DNA of 64,000 nt from Octopus sinensis (Eukaryota): assembly GCF_006345805.1 (NCBI RefSeq), contig NC_043022.1, forward strand, positions 1,736,001 to 1,800,000, given 5' to 3'. A program made the position numbers and the translations under genes. Shown one piece after another: positions 12,213-24,582 of the stretch (position 1 is its first letter; each line of letters begins with the position of its first letter). Below the pieces are notes generated by a model. It did no database searches, was not told the DNA's origin, and was given only the letters and a program-made list of their open reading frames with translations.

Positions 12213-13369
12213 TATATGAAAAGGATGTGTTATAACACTACTCCACATATACAACAAACAGCCATAACAACAATCCAACATATCTCCATCATCAGCTGCC
12301 CCACGGATATCATTATGGTTTCGACACACCTAAGCAGTACCATTAAATTTTGGAGCGGTGACAGCACTAAAAGAAGTACTGTTTGGGAACAAACATACCA
12401 AAAAAACCCCAAAAAAACTTTCAAACACATTTACACTATGAACAACAGTATTTAATCAAATATAGGTAGGATAAAACACTAACTTTAAAATTAAACTACA
12501 AGAAACACACAAATCTATGTACATCTGTAGCTGTATATATTTACATGAATATATATTGTCATGTGGCTCTTGAGCTACTGGCAACATGTAACCTAGAACA
12601 ACCTTGCTTGGTGAGGAGAGTGATGTTTGGATACCCTGCAGGATGGGAAACAAGACCCATCAAAGGGTGGAGGAACTTAAGAAAGGTAAAGACCATCATA
12701 TGTTGCCAAGAGTAGGTGGTGCTTGGCAGTTCTTGTGAAGACAATCCATCTCAAAGAAGGAAATCTCTGAAAGAAAAACGGTTCTTGCAACCAGCTGATA
12801 ATATTTTGCATAGAATCAAAATTACGACATGGAGATGTTATAGTTTCATCTTTGGACGACTGATAATAGAAGACGCTTGCTGAAGGTGCTGCCATGCAGT
12901 GAGATTGAACCCAGAACCATGTGGTGGGGAAGCTCTTACTTCTTACTACACAGCCACACCCGTGCCTGCGGATGCATTTCCGATCTTCCTTCAGTTGTCA
13001 CATCCTCAATGACTCACTGTGTCGAGAATTGAGAGAGAGCCAAGAGGGTGTCTGCTCACAGCCACACGAAACCATTAGCAAAAGCAGGGTACATGGCATC
13101 GAGTGAGTCCTGCTTGTGACTGAAGGCCAAGTTTGAGATACATATCTGTATGAATGACATCATCACCATTAACCTTTAACATTGGTTTTCTGTGCTGGCA
13201 TAGGTATGTGTGTGTATATAAGTGGAAATACAGACAAATGATAACAGGCATAGAGTATGCATTTATATGAAAATGTGTGCATACATTTGACATGTATACA
13301 ATTGTATATGCAACTTTCCATATAAATACATTCTTTATGCTTGTTACCATTTGTCTGTCTTTCTACTTA

Positions 13370-13680
13370 GCGAAGCCATGTCACTGTGGTTAGAGTATCT
13401 GGCTCATGATTGTAACATAGCGAGTTCAATTCCTGGGGAGCATATCGTGTCCTTGAGCGAGAGACTATTTCACATTGCTCCCATCCACTCAGCAGGTGCA
13501 AGTGAGTGGTATTTGTATTTCAAAGGGACCTAACCCTAACCCATGCCACATTCTGCAGTATACTGAATCTCCTTGCGAACTACGTTAAGGGTACGCATAT
13601 CTGGAGTACTCAGCCACTTGCACAATAATTTTACGAGCAGGCTGTTCTGTTGATCGGATCAACTGGTACACTGATCATCA
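13370..13680 (+). mobile_element. SINE family C2, diverged
   Basis: gtggttagagtat...gagttcaattcc...ccttgagcgagagac...gaactacgttaagggtacgcat...ggatcaactgg. Confidence 0.75.
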
Positions 13681-14290
13681 CAACCAGTGCAGTGCCAGCC
13701 TTTCCACTTTCTACATCTGCCCGATTCCAGTATTTTAACCGGCCATATCCAGCCCAAATATTCTATCTTTCTATTTTTAAAACTGGCTGGATCCAACCTC
13801 TCACACCTACCTTGCAATGTCATTCTAAAGATGAACAATCATATCATTGAAATCTCATGGGTTTGTGATAATGCATGACTAATTGAAAACAAGGCGAATA
13901 AACAAGCATTACATTTGGCAATGTAATAGGAACGCTAGAGGGTCAAACGGTAATGAGTTGAACCACACAGCCATGCTTCTACCCAGATATTCTCAAAGAC
14001 TGGGTGTCAGGAGACACATTTTGGAATTCTTTGTCATAGAGTCTTCCTTATCTCATTGTCTTGACACAACTGAAGTAAAAATAGAAAAGAGAGAGAGAGA
14101 GAGATACATAGCAAAGAGCAAGGAAGAATGTGTATGTAATTGCTGAAAGAAGCCTGCTGTGCATGTGTGTGTGTATGTGTCTTTCTGTGCTTGTCTCCTA
14201 CTACTGCTTGACAGCTGGTGTTGTGTTTACATTCCTGTAACTTAGCTGTTTGGCAAAAGAGACCAATAAAACAAGTACCAAGTGCTTTAA

Positions 14291-14510
14291 CCCTTTAGTG
14301 TTCACATTATTCTGCCAAAATTAATCCTTTTTATCCGCATTGTTTTGAACTAATCAGGCATTATCTTGTAGCTGTGAGATTTTGATGAGGTAGCTGTTAA
14401 TTTTTAAAACGATATTGTAGGGCTGGTGTGAGAGACCAGATCTGGCCAGTTTGAACATAGAACAGGCAGAATGCTTTTGGCCGGATATGGCCGGTTTAAA
14501 TGCTAAAGGG
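14291..14510. mobile_element. piggyBac-type MITE (about 220 bp), complete
   Basis: TTAA on both sides (14287-14290, 14511-14514); TIR ccctttag / ctaaaggg; inverse-orientation copy at 23891-24111. Confidence 0.85.
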
Positions 14511-15525
14511 TTAAAACAGAAACAAACAAAAAAGTACTGGGGTTGATACGTCCAACTAAAAATTCAAGGCAGAGCCCCAGCATGGCCACAGTCAGATGGC
14601 AGAAACAAATAAAAGTCATGCACTTCTCTCTCTCTCTCTCTCTTTCTTTATAAAATAACTGAGTTAGTCGTCCTCTCTCATATTTCAGTTTCTGTCTTTC
14701 AGAATAATCTGCCAAGTTGTTTTCATTCAAAACAACTGGGAAGAAGAAAAGCTGAAATAATTCTATATTTTGGTTTTTAAGAAGAAAAAAATAAAATAAA
14801 ATAAAAACCTTTTTTTTCTTTTTATTATTTTCCATATTTGATTCCATCTCAAACCCAGACCAAGTAAATCTTCAGATTTACACATCAGCATGAATTGCTG
14901 AAAAAACAAAATGTTTTTGCAGCTGGATGCCCCTCCTGTGGCTACGACTGAAGGCCAATCAAGCGTACGAGGGGGTGGAGCCTCTACATGAGCAGGCGGC
15001 GTGCTAGAAATAGCAGCCCAATTTCTGTTAAATGACACTAAACTTAATAATTATAGTATTTCAATAGAAAACGGGATGGTCATTTCTGGAACATCTTTGA
15101 CCATAGGCCTGCAGAATCATTGCTGATCTAGGACCAGATAATCCTTTCTACGAAAGACACAAGGCCTGAAATTTATGGGGAGGGGACTAGTTGATTATAT
15201 CGACCCCTGTGTTTCACTGGTACTTAATTTATTGACCCCAAAACGATGAAAGGATAAGTCGACCTTGGTAGAATTTGAACTCAGTATATCAAGGCGGAGG
15301 AAATACCACTAAATATTTTGCCTGGCATGTTAACGGTACTGCCAGCTCATCGCCTTCTAGGACCAGATAATAGTAACACATGACCTAGTAGTCAGGATGT
15401 TGCCCTTACAATTGCCACATTGCAAGTTCGATTCCCAGACTGGGTAGCACGTTGTGTTCTCAATCAAAACGCTTCGTTCTGTGTTGCTTCAGTCCATTCA
15501 GCTGTAAAGGAGTTAACCCTACAAC

Positions 15526-15792
15526 CAGGGTTGTGGAGTCAGAGTCGGAAACAAGTAAGGGGTAGCTGGAGTCAGAGTCAATAAAACTATACCGGCTCCG
15601 ACTCACAATGTCTTTATTCTTTAATATAAACCAATTATAACATAGAGGCCTACTCAGAGTACAAGCGTATGCATATGCTTTATGAGATATGTAGACCACA
15701 GTCACTTGATTACATAAAGAGGAGTCAGAGTCAGTGTCAGAGGTGCCGAGGGTAGAGGAGTTGAAGTTTTTTGTGTGGTCTCCACAGCCCTG
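15526..15792. mobile_element. hAT-type MITE
   Basis: TIR cagggttgtggag / ctccacagccctg; perfect 8-bp TSD cctacaac (15518-15525 / 15793-15800); internal ggagtcagagtc repeats. Confidence 0.85.
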
Positions 15793-17435
15793 CCTACAAC
15801 AGACTGGCATCCCATTCACACCAGAGAAACCAGAAAACTGGCCCTTATGCTCCTTAGGAAGTTATGTGAACCAAACAGCACTTCAATGTGAATCATTCCT
15901 AAACTGGGTTGGTCTTACACCTGTATTTCCATGCTTCAATGAGCTGGAGGTAAATTCAAAGAATTTTCTACATTCAAGTACATTTCCTGTTGCCAAATCA
16001 TTGTTTAACATCCTCTTTCCAGGCTGGCATGGGTTGGATGGGTTGACATGGAGCTGACTAACTGGGAGCTATCCAAACTCCAACGGTCTGTTGTGGCATG
16101 GTTTCTATGGCTTGATGCCCTTCTTAAGGCCAACCACTTAAAAGAGTGTGTCGGGTACTTATTATGTACCACGAGCACAGGTGTGTGTACACAGTACCGG
16201 CACAGCTGCATTAACATAACACCTACACTAGTGCTTTTTTAAGTGACACCAGCACCTGAAAGGACCAGTCTGTATGTGTGGAAAATAGCAATTTTACTTA
16301 GCTTGATGCACTTTATTACGTACAGCAAATCACCTCATCAGAATTTTGAACCTAACCCTTAATTTGATCCAAGAAGTAGAGGCCTCATAGCACAGCCAAT
16401 TTGCCCCGGGGCTGCTGTCGTGGCCCCTGCTTGCGCTTGAGCAGGGTTTGCCTCATAAGTGACCTACAAACGGAAGCAGCCACTCTTTTCATTCCACCCT
16501 CTGCATTTTGTAACATTTTTTTGCTTTAGTTGATTTTCTTGTGAAATTACCTTAGTGCCTTGCCTAAGATTGAACCCAGGACCTCTAGATGACTGCACTG
16601 CATTAACCAATGTCTTTATCTACTATGGTATGCGCATAATATTTACGCCATGGCCAGCTGTTCCCAACCACATGGTTCCAGGTTCAACCCCACTGCGTGG
16701 CACCTTGGACGAGTGCCACTATAGCCTTGGGCAGAGCAAAGCCTTGTGAGTGGATTTGGTAAACAGAAACTGAAAGTAGCCTGCCATATGTGTGTGTGTG
16801 TATTTGTGTGCCTGTGTTTGTCACTCCACAACCGATGTTGGTGTTACATCTCCATAACTTAGTAGTTCGGCAAAAGAGACCTATAGAATAAGTACAAGGC
16901 TTACAAAGAATAAGCCCTGGGGTCGATTTGTTTCACGGTGCTCAAGCATGGCCACAGTCAAATGACAAACATGCACAACGGGCCTCTTTTAGATTCCATC
17001 TACCAAATCCATTCACAAGGCTCTAGAAGAAGACACTTCGCCAAAGGTGCCATGCAGTGAGACTGAACCTGGAACCATGTGGTTGGGAAGCAAACATCTT
17101 ACCACACAACCATGCCTGCACCCATACATACAGTGTGTGTGTGTGTGTGTGTGTGTGTGGCTTATAAGTGATTCAGAGTCAGCTGGCTGAAATGATGAAG
17201 GAGTGGTTGGCTGCTTGTTTCAGATGAATATATTCTGAATGAATCGATTGTAATGTTACAAAGAACCAGTCATATGATTATGGCAAGAAGTTCTCTGGCA
17301 GAACTACAAAAATGGAGAAGGGTGGAGGGAGATGCTGGGTGGATGGAGCGGCAGAGGAAGGGACGGGGCTGCACATTTCACTGAGTGTCAGTTTTATATC
17401 TAAACCAAATCGTTATATATATGTATGTAGGAATA

Positions 17436-17760
17436 GGAGTGGCTGTGTGGTAAGTAGCTTGTTTACCAACCACATGGTTCCGGGTACAGTCCTACTGCGT
17501 GGCAACTTGGGCAAGTGTCTTCTACTATAGCCTTGGGTCGACCAAAGCCTTGTGAGTGGATTTGGTAGACGGAAATTGAAAGAAGCCCATTGTATATATA
17601 TATATATATATGTGTGTGTTTGTGTGTCTGTATTTGTCCCCTCAACATCGCTTGACAACCGAAGCTGATGTGTTTGCGTCCCCGTAACTTAGGAGTTTGG
17701 CAAAAGAAACTGATAGAATAAGTACTAGGCTTACAAAGAATAAGTCCTGGGGTTGATTTG
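17436..17760 (+). mobile_element. SINE family B, followed by an inverted duplication of its own 3' half
   Basis: Head ggagtggctgtgtggtaagtagc; 17613-17731 recurs inverted at 17768-17886. Confidence 0.85.
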
Positions 17761-18614
17761 CTTTGTCAGCCTAGTACTTATTCTATCAGTTTCTTTTGCC
17801 AAACCCTTAAGTTACGGGGACGCAAACACATCAGCATCGGTTGTCAAGCGATGTTGGGGGGACAAATACAGATACACAAACACACATGGCACCTTGGGCA
17901 AGTGTCCTACACTATAGCTTCAGGCCAACCAAAGTCTTCTAGGTGGATATGGTAGACAGAAACTGAAAGAAGCTTGTCTTGTGTGTGTCCATCACTGTTC
18001 GACAACCAGTGTTGGTGTGTTTATGTCCCTGTACCTTAGCGGTTTGGCAAAAGAAACCGATAGAATAAGTACTAGGCTTACAAAAAAATAAGTCCTGGGA
18101 TCGATTTGTTCGACTAAAAACCCTTTAAGGCAAAACTGGTACTTTATTTATCAACCCCGAAAGGACGAAAGGCAAAGTCGACCTTGGCGGAATTTGAACT
18201 CAGAACGTAACGACAGATGAGATATCGCTAAGCATTTCGCCCGGTGTGCTAACGTGTCTGCCAGCTCGCCGCCTGAAGTAAAAGAATATATACATGTGTG
18301 TGTGTGTGTGTGGTATTCTAATAAGCACCCAGATGTAGGATTACTGTTAACTGACATGGAAATCCAGTAGAGCAGAACCCGGGAACTGTCGACACTATGT
18401 GCCTTGCTAGTACATGTGAGTCAATAGAAAAGTCTTGATATCCTACGTGTGTGTTACTAAGTCCTGTGAGTCAAAGGTAAACAATGCAAAGAATCGTTTC
18501 GTTGCAACACTTTCGTGAGTGCAATGTCGCTAAATTAGGTTCAGTAAAGTTTTGAATCGCTGAAGCAAAGGGTATTATTTAGGTTCTGACAAGGAAGGTG
18601 TGTAGACACAGATA

Positions 18615-18993
18615 CCTATTTCTTTACTACCCACAAGGGGTTAAACACAGAGAGGACAAACAAGGACAGACAAAGGGATTAAGTCGATTACATCGACCCT
18701 AGTGCGTAACTGGTACTTAATTTATCAACTCCGAAAGGATGAAAGGCAAAGTCAACCTCGGCGGGATTTGAACTCAGAATGTAGCGGCAGACGAAATACC
18801 TATTTCTTTATTACCCACAAGGGGCTAAACACAGAGAGGACAAACAAGGACAGACAAAGGGATTAAGTAGATTACATCGACCACAGTGCGTAACTGGTAC
18901 TTATTTAATCGACCTCGAAAGGATGAAAGGCAAAGACGACCTCGGCGGGATTTGAACTCACAACGTGACGGCAGACGAAATACCGCTAAGCAT
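18615..18993 (-). mobile_element. SINE family A tandem dimer, 5'-truncated
   Basis: Two A bodies joined at cggcagacgaaatacctatttcttta; flanked by the direct repeat tgtgtagacacagata (about 18599 and 19004). Confidence 0.85.
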
Positions 18994-20129
18994 TAAGATA
19001 TCTGTGTAGACACAGATATCTTGAGGGTGAGATGAGTGTTGCTGTCATGATTACCAAGCCCAAGGAAACAATTCTTTACCAGATTGGTTAAATGCATAAA
19101 GGTAGATGGTCAACCTTTTGATAAAACAAAAATACCTGTCCATTCTATGAATGTATTGAATCCTTTATCAGGTAATGTTGACGAATGTTCTACTTTCATC
19201 TCAGCATCAATTGCTGAAAACAAAACGTTTTCGCAGCTGGATGCCCACCACCCCATGGCTACAGCTGAAGGCCGATCAAGCCTATGAGGGGGTGGAGCTT
19301 CTACATAAGCATGCAGAGTGCTAGAAATATCCCCCAATTTCTGACCACTTATACATATATATTCCTTTATTTGTTTGTCATTTGACTAAGACCATGCTGG
19401 AGCACTGACTTTAGTCAAACAAATCAACCCCAAGACATTCTTTGTAAGCTGAGTACTCATTCTATCAGTCGCTTTTGCTGAACGACTAAGTTACGGGGAC
19501 GTAAATACACCAACATTGGTTGTCAAGTGATGGTGGCAGAACAGACAGATACACACATATATATACACATACATACAACAGGCTTCTTGCACTTACTGTC
19601 TGCCAAATCCACTCACAAGGACTTTGGTCGGCCTGAGGCTATAGAAGCAGACACTTGCTCAAGGTGCCACACAGTGGGACTGAACCCAGAACCAGGTGGT
19701 TGGGAAGCAAGCTTCTTACCACACAGCTACACCCACGCAATATACTTTAACACTCTTACAACATGGCTGTACAATTAAGAAGCTCATTTCACAGCCATGT
19801 GGTTTCATGTTCAATCCTACAGTGTGGCACCTTGGGCAAGAGTTTTTAACCATAGCTCCTAAGTTGACCAACACCTTGTAAATGAATTTGGTAGAGAGAA
19901 ACTGAAAACCCATTGTGTGTGTGTGTGTGTATACACGTGTCTTTATGACTCCCCCCCCACTGCTTGAAATGGCATTGGTTTGTTTATGTTCCTGTAACTT
20001 AGTCTGGCAAAAGATACCAACAAACTAAGCAGCAGGCTGAGTCAATTTGACTAAAACCCTTCAAGGCGGTGCCCCAGCATGGCCACATTCCAACGCCAAT
20101 ATGATTTATAAACTAAAATATCTGACTAC

Positions 20130-20355
20130 TAAACCCTTTTGTTACGATATTTCTGTTGTAATACGCTGCTTTTGTTTCAGTTAATTACAAAAAATAACGA
20201 AGGATTTATTAAAACATCTTCGTTATAATTAAGCTGGTGTTTGGAACAAAAATTAACACGAAATTTCAATGGAAGCTTTTTGAATTTAGATCACTTCAAA
20301 GCATAACACCAGGGGGGGGGGGCATTCTCAGGCAGGTTGGTATCAAAGGGGTTAA
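20130..20355. mobile_element. Second piggyBac-like MITE family, degraded
   Basis: Ends aacccttttt(g)ttac ... ggtatcaaaggggttaa; related partial copy at 9052-9195 (aattaagctggtgtttggaac shared). Confidence 0.55.
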
Positions 20356-21439
20356 AAAACAAAAGATCTTGACATTTAAACAAATTCTTCTGTAAATGGA
20401 AAGGGCGAGATAAAAAAAAAAATATTAAAAAAGAAACCCCCCCCCAAAAAAGCCAACTATGCTTCTTGTTATTTACAGTAAAAATAAATAAAATAAAAAT
20501 GGTTTACAGTGGAATCAGCACCAAACTGCATGACCAATCAGCAAGCACTTAAATCAGTAAAAGACTTTGTCAGGAGCTGATAAAGAAAGTTGTTTTTTTT
20601 CTTTCTGAGATCTTTGACATAGTTCTTTAAATAGTCAGAGCACAGAAGAGGAAGGTTAGAGAGAGAGAGAGAGAGAAAGAGGGGGTGGTGGTGATGGGAA
20701 CTGAGAATATAGGTTGTTTGCTAGCTTAACTTTTAAATACTAGGTAAATAAAATATCTATGTAGATATATAAAGTGTGTAATGTATAAATTTAGCCGCGT
20801 TTGTAATGGCAAGTAAGCCTATGGCCACGCCATTCTAGCGCAAGCCGAGTTCAGTGAGCCGTTGATAAGATTTCAACAGTGAAGCAGTGGAAAGGAAAAA
20901 AAAAGAATCTTAAAACTACTCACAACCGTCAGTTGGGTTACACTTTCTGTACACGATTCCTGATTATTTTAGAACATTCCAGAAATTAAAAAAAAAAATA
21001 ATAAAGATTTTTTAAAAACTTTTTACTTGATTTAGTCATTGGGTTCTGGCCATGCTATGGCACCACCTTGAATGGTTTTAGTTGAACAGATCAACTTCGG
21101 TACTTTTCCATTTTTCTTTATAAGTCTAGTAGTCTCTTTTGCTGACCCACCAATTCAAGGGGATGTAAACGAACCAACACAGGCTGTCAGGCAGTGGGGA
21201 GGGGTAAACACAGATACAAAGAAACACACACACAACACAAGATTTCGTACAGTTTCCAGTTACCAAACCCACCCACGAGGAATTGGTTGGCCTGGGGCTA
21301 TAACAGAAGATACTTGCCCAAGGTTTCACACAGTGGAACTGAACCTGGAACCATGAACTGAACTGTCATATTTATTGAAGAGCTGGAAGCAATTCTTGTC
21401 GCTACTCCCAGTCTCTGTTGAAGACAATTGTCAGAGCAG

Positions 21440-21640
21440 CAGAATGGTATTTCTTTGGAATGCTGGACAAAATGCCCTCCCACAAAAATCAAGAAATCTG
21501 CATAAGGGGGAAGTAGATATGTCTTCCAAAAAGGAACTCGACATCGTCCTCTCCACAATACTCGATGAACCAACAGCCCGACATGAGGGACAGAGGGGAC
21601 CAGCGGAATCAAACTCCCTTATACACCAAATGGGCCAACA
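21440..21640 (+). pseudogene. CR1/L2-type LINE ORF2 C-terminal relic
   Basis: NALPQKSRNLHKGEVDMSSKKELDIVLSTILDEPT...AESNSLIHQ resembles my recollection of the LP..LR.L....FK..LD.FL..IPDEP ORF2 terminus. Confidence 0.55.
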
Positions 21641-21914
21641 GCTGGGACAAAGGAACATATAGGAGTGGTGATGTGAAACACCGTAGACTGAAGAAATCAG
21701 AAAGACCATGGTGGTGCTCCAGCATGACCACAGCCACATGGCTGAAATGAGTAAAAGGCCTTGCAGTAGTCTTGGTTGCTCTCTTCACCGAGTTCCATCA
21801 CCTTGAGTCCTTCCTAGTTTTTCATCCTTCTAAGTTTAATAGAATAAAGTATGGCTGGGCACAGGTGTGCCTAGCCATACATATACACATACGTACATAC
21901 ACATATATATGGGA

Positions 21915-22299
21915 TGGAAGCACTCCGTTGGTTACGACGACGAGGGTTCCGGCTGATCCAAATCAACGGAACAGCCTGCTCGTGAAATTAACGTGTAAGT
22001 GGCTGAGCACTCCACAGACACGTGTACCCTTAACGTAGTTCTCGGGGATATTCAGCGTGACACAGAGAGTGACAAGGCCGGCCCTTTGAAATACAGGTAC
22101 AACAGAAACAGGAAGTAAGAGTGAGAGAAAGTTGTGGTGAAAGAGTACAGCAGGGATCACCACTATCCCCTGCCGGAGCCTCGTGGTGCTTTAGGTGTTT
22201 TCGCTCAATAAACACTCACAACGCCCGGTCTGGGAATCGAAACCGCGATCCTACGACCGTGAGTCCACTGCCCTAACCACTGGGCCATTGCGCCTCCAC
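21915..22299 (-). mobile_element. tRNA-derived SINE family C1, full length
   Basis: Head gtggaggcgcaatggcccagtggttagggcag (A box TGGCCCAGTGG, B box GTTTCGATTCCC); tail ...cgtaaccaacggagtgcttcca. Confidence 0.9.
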
Positions 22300-22485
22300 A
22301 CACACATATATATATATATATATGCATATGTGGGCAAGGGATGTCACGAAACATGTACAACAAAAAAGTACGAAGCACGAGTACACGGAACATGAATTAT
22401 TCTTTCAAACAATGAAAGATACAAATGGAAAACAAAACAAAGAACGACCCTTCATCAGTTGTTGATGTGTTTGTCCCCCACCATT

Positions 22486-22718
22486 TTTGTTTCTTTATTG
22501 CCCACAAGGGGCTAAACATAGAGGGGACAAACAAAGACAGACAAACGGATGAAGTCGTTTACATCGACCCCAGTGCGTAACTGGTACTTAATTTATCGAC
22601 CTCGAAAGGATGAAAGGCAAAGTCGACCTCGGCGGAATTTGAACTCAGAACATAACAGCAGACGAAATACGGTTACACATTTTGCCCGGCATGCTAACGA
22701 TTCTGCCAGCTCGCCGCT
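22486..22718 (-). mobile_element. SINE family A nested in the 3' half of a SINE B
   Basis: TSD tttgtcccccaccatt (22470-22485 / 22719-22734); SINE B sequence resumes to about 22900. Confidence 0.85.
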
Positions 22719-23273
22719 TTTGTCCCCCACCATTGCTGGACAACTGATGTTGGTATGTTTACATCCCCGTAACGAAGCTGTTTGGCAAAAGAGACCAATA
22801 GAACAAGTACTAGGCTTACAAAGAATAAGTCCTGGGGTCAATTTCTTCGACAAAAAAGAAAGTGTTCCAGCATGGCCACAGTCAAATGACTGAAACAAAT
22901 AAAAGAATATATAGCCATATTTCAAAATGGCCCATTTTTTCTTGCCAAATAAAACACACACACACTATATATATATATATTATATATATATATATATATT
23001 ATATATATATATATTTGTTTTTAACTTGTTTATTATTGTTCTTATCTTGTGTCCATCATCTGGAAATCTTTTGTCACACATCTGTGACCTCTTCAGCAAC
23101 TCTGCTATCCCATGTGTATCCTCCCATTCTGGTTAGTCCAAACGAGTGAACAACAAATATATTTAGTGCATGTGATTATTTGGCAAGAAAAAGGAAATGA
23201 CTATCCTGAAATATAACAATAAATGTTCCAACACATGGTTTCACATCAGTAATCTTGCAAAACAAATCCATCA

Positions 23274-23324
<51 letters not shown>

Positions 23325-23890
23325 CTGGCTTAGGTAAGCAATTTGGGCTAAAATGGAAAAGAATGGTGCATTCAAGACAGAATTGGAAGCGCATTGTGAC
23401 CAGCAATGTATAACAACATCTGATGGTCTGGTTGAGACTGTGATACAGATATCATCATCATCACCCAGTCACGCTGCTTGTACAGATTCCTACAACACTG
23501 TCACCATCCATTTCTGTTGTTCATCATATACACGGCAGGTCAGAGGACACGCAGTTTATGTTGTCACATAACGTCATTTGATATATCGACCCCAGTACAC
23601 AACTGGTACTTATTTTATCGACCCCAAACTAACGAAAGCCAACCTCAGAAGGGTTTTGAACTCAAAACGTGAAGAAGGACGAAATCCTGCTAAGCATTTT
23701 CCCCAGTGTGCTAATGTTTCTCTAAGTTCACCTCTTTTGTTTCAATTCCTGGAATTTAATTCTTTTGGGCAAAATCGAAACAGCTGTAAGAGAACATGTT
23801 GAATTTTTGCACTGAATAAATTATGTTAATGCTACTTCTCCATTTTCTGGATTTTAATTCGAATATTTATAAACCAGGATTTATATTTAA

Positions 23891-24111
23891 CCCTTTAGCA
23901 TTTAAACCGGCCATATCCGGCCAAAAGTATTCTACCTGTTTTATGTTCAAACTGGCCAGATCAGGTCTCTCACACCAACCCTACAATATCGTTTGAAAAA
24001 TTAACAGCTACCTTATCAAATTCTCATAATTACAAGATAATGCATGATTAGTTCAAAACAATGTGGATGAAGAAGCATTAATTTTGGCAGAATAATGTGA
24101 ACACTAAAGGG
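23891..24111. mobile_element. piggyBac-type MITE, complete
   Basis: TTAA at 23887-23890 and 24112-24115; TIR ccctttag / ctaaaggg; reverse complement of 14291-14510. Confidence 0.85.
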
Positions 24112-24348
24112 TTAAACCTATTTTAAGAATATTACAATTCACAACAAAATAATATGTAACAAACCCTAACCCTAATTCATTGGACATTTTCTACCTCTTA
24201 AGGTGGTTTTTTTAAACCTCTATTATTAATAATAATAATAATCCTTTCTACTATAAGCATAAGGCCTGAAATTTGGGGGAGTGGGATAGTTGATCACATC
24301 AACCCCAGTACGCAACTGGTACTTATTTTATTTATTTATTTATTTATT

Positions 24349-24582
24349 TAAGGTGGTGAGCTGGCAGACACGTTAGCACGCCGGGCGAAATGCGTAGCCA
24401 TATTTCGTCTGCCGTTACGTTCTGAATTCAAATTCCGCCGAGGTCGACTTTGCCTTTCATCCTTTCGGGGTTGATAAATTAAGTACCAGTTACACAGTGG
24501 GGTCGATGTAATCGACTTAATCCATGTGTCTGTCCTTGTTTGTCCCCTCTGTGTTTAGCCCCTTGTGGGTAGTAAAGTAATA
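24349..24582 (+). mobile_element. SINE family A nested antiparallel in an older A-type SINE
   Basis: Full head ggtggtgagctggcagacacgttagcacgccgggcg; TSD ggtacttattttatt (24318 / 24583). Confidence 0.85.
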
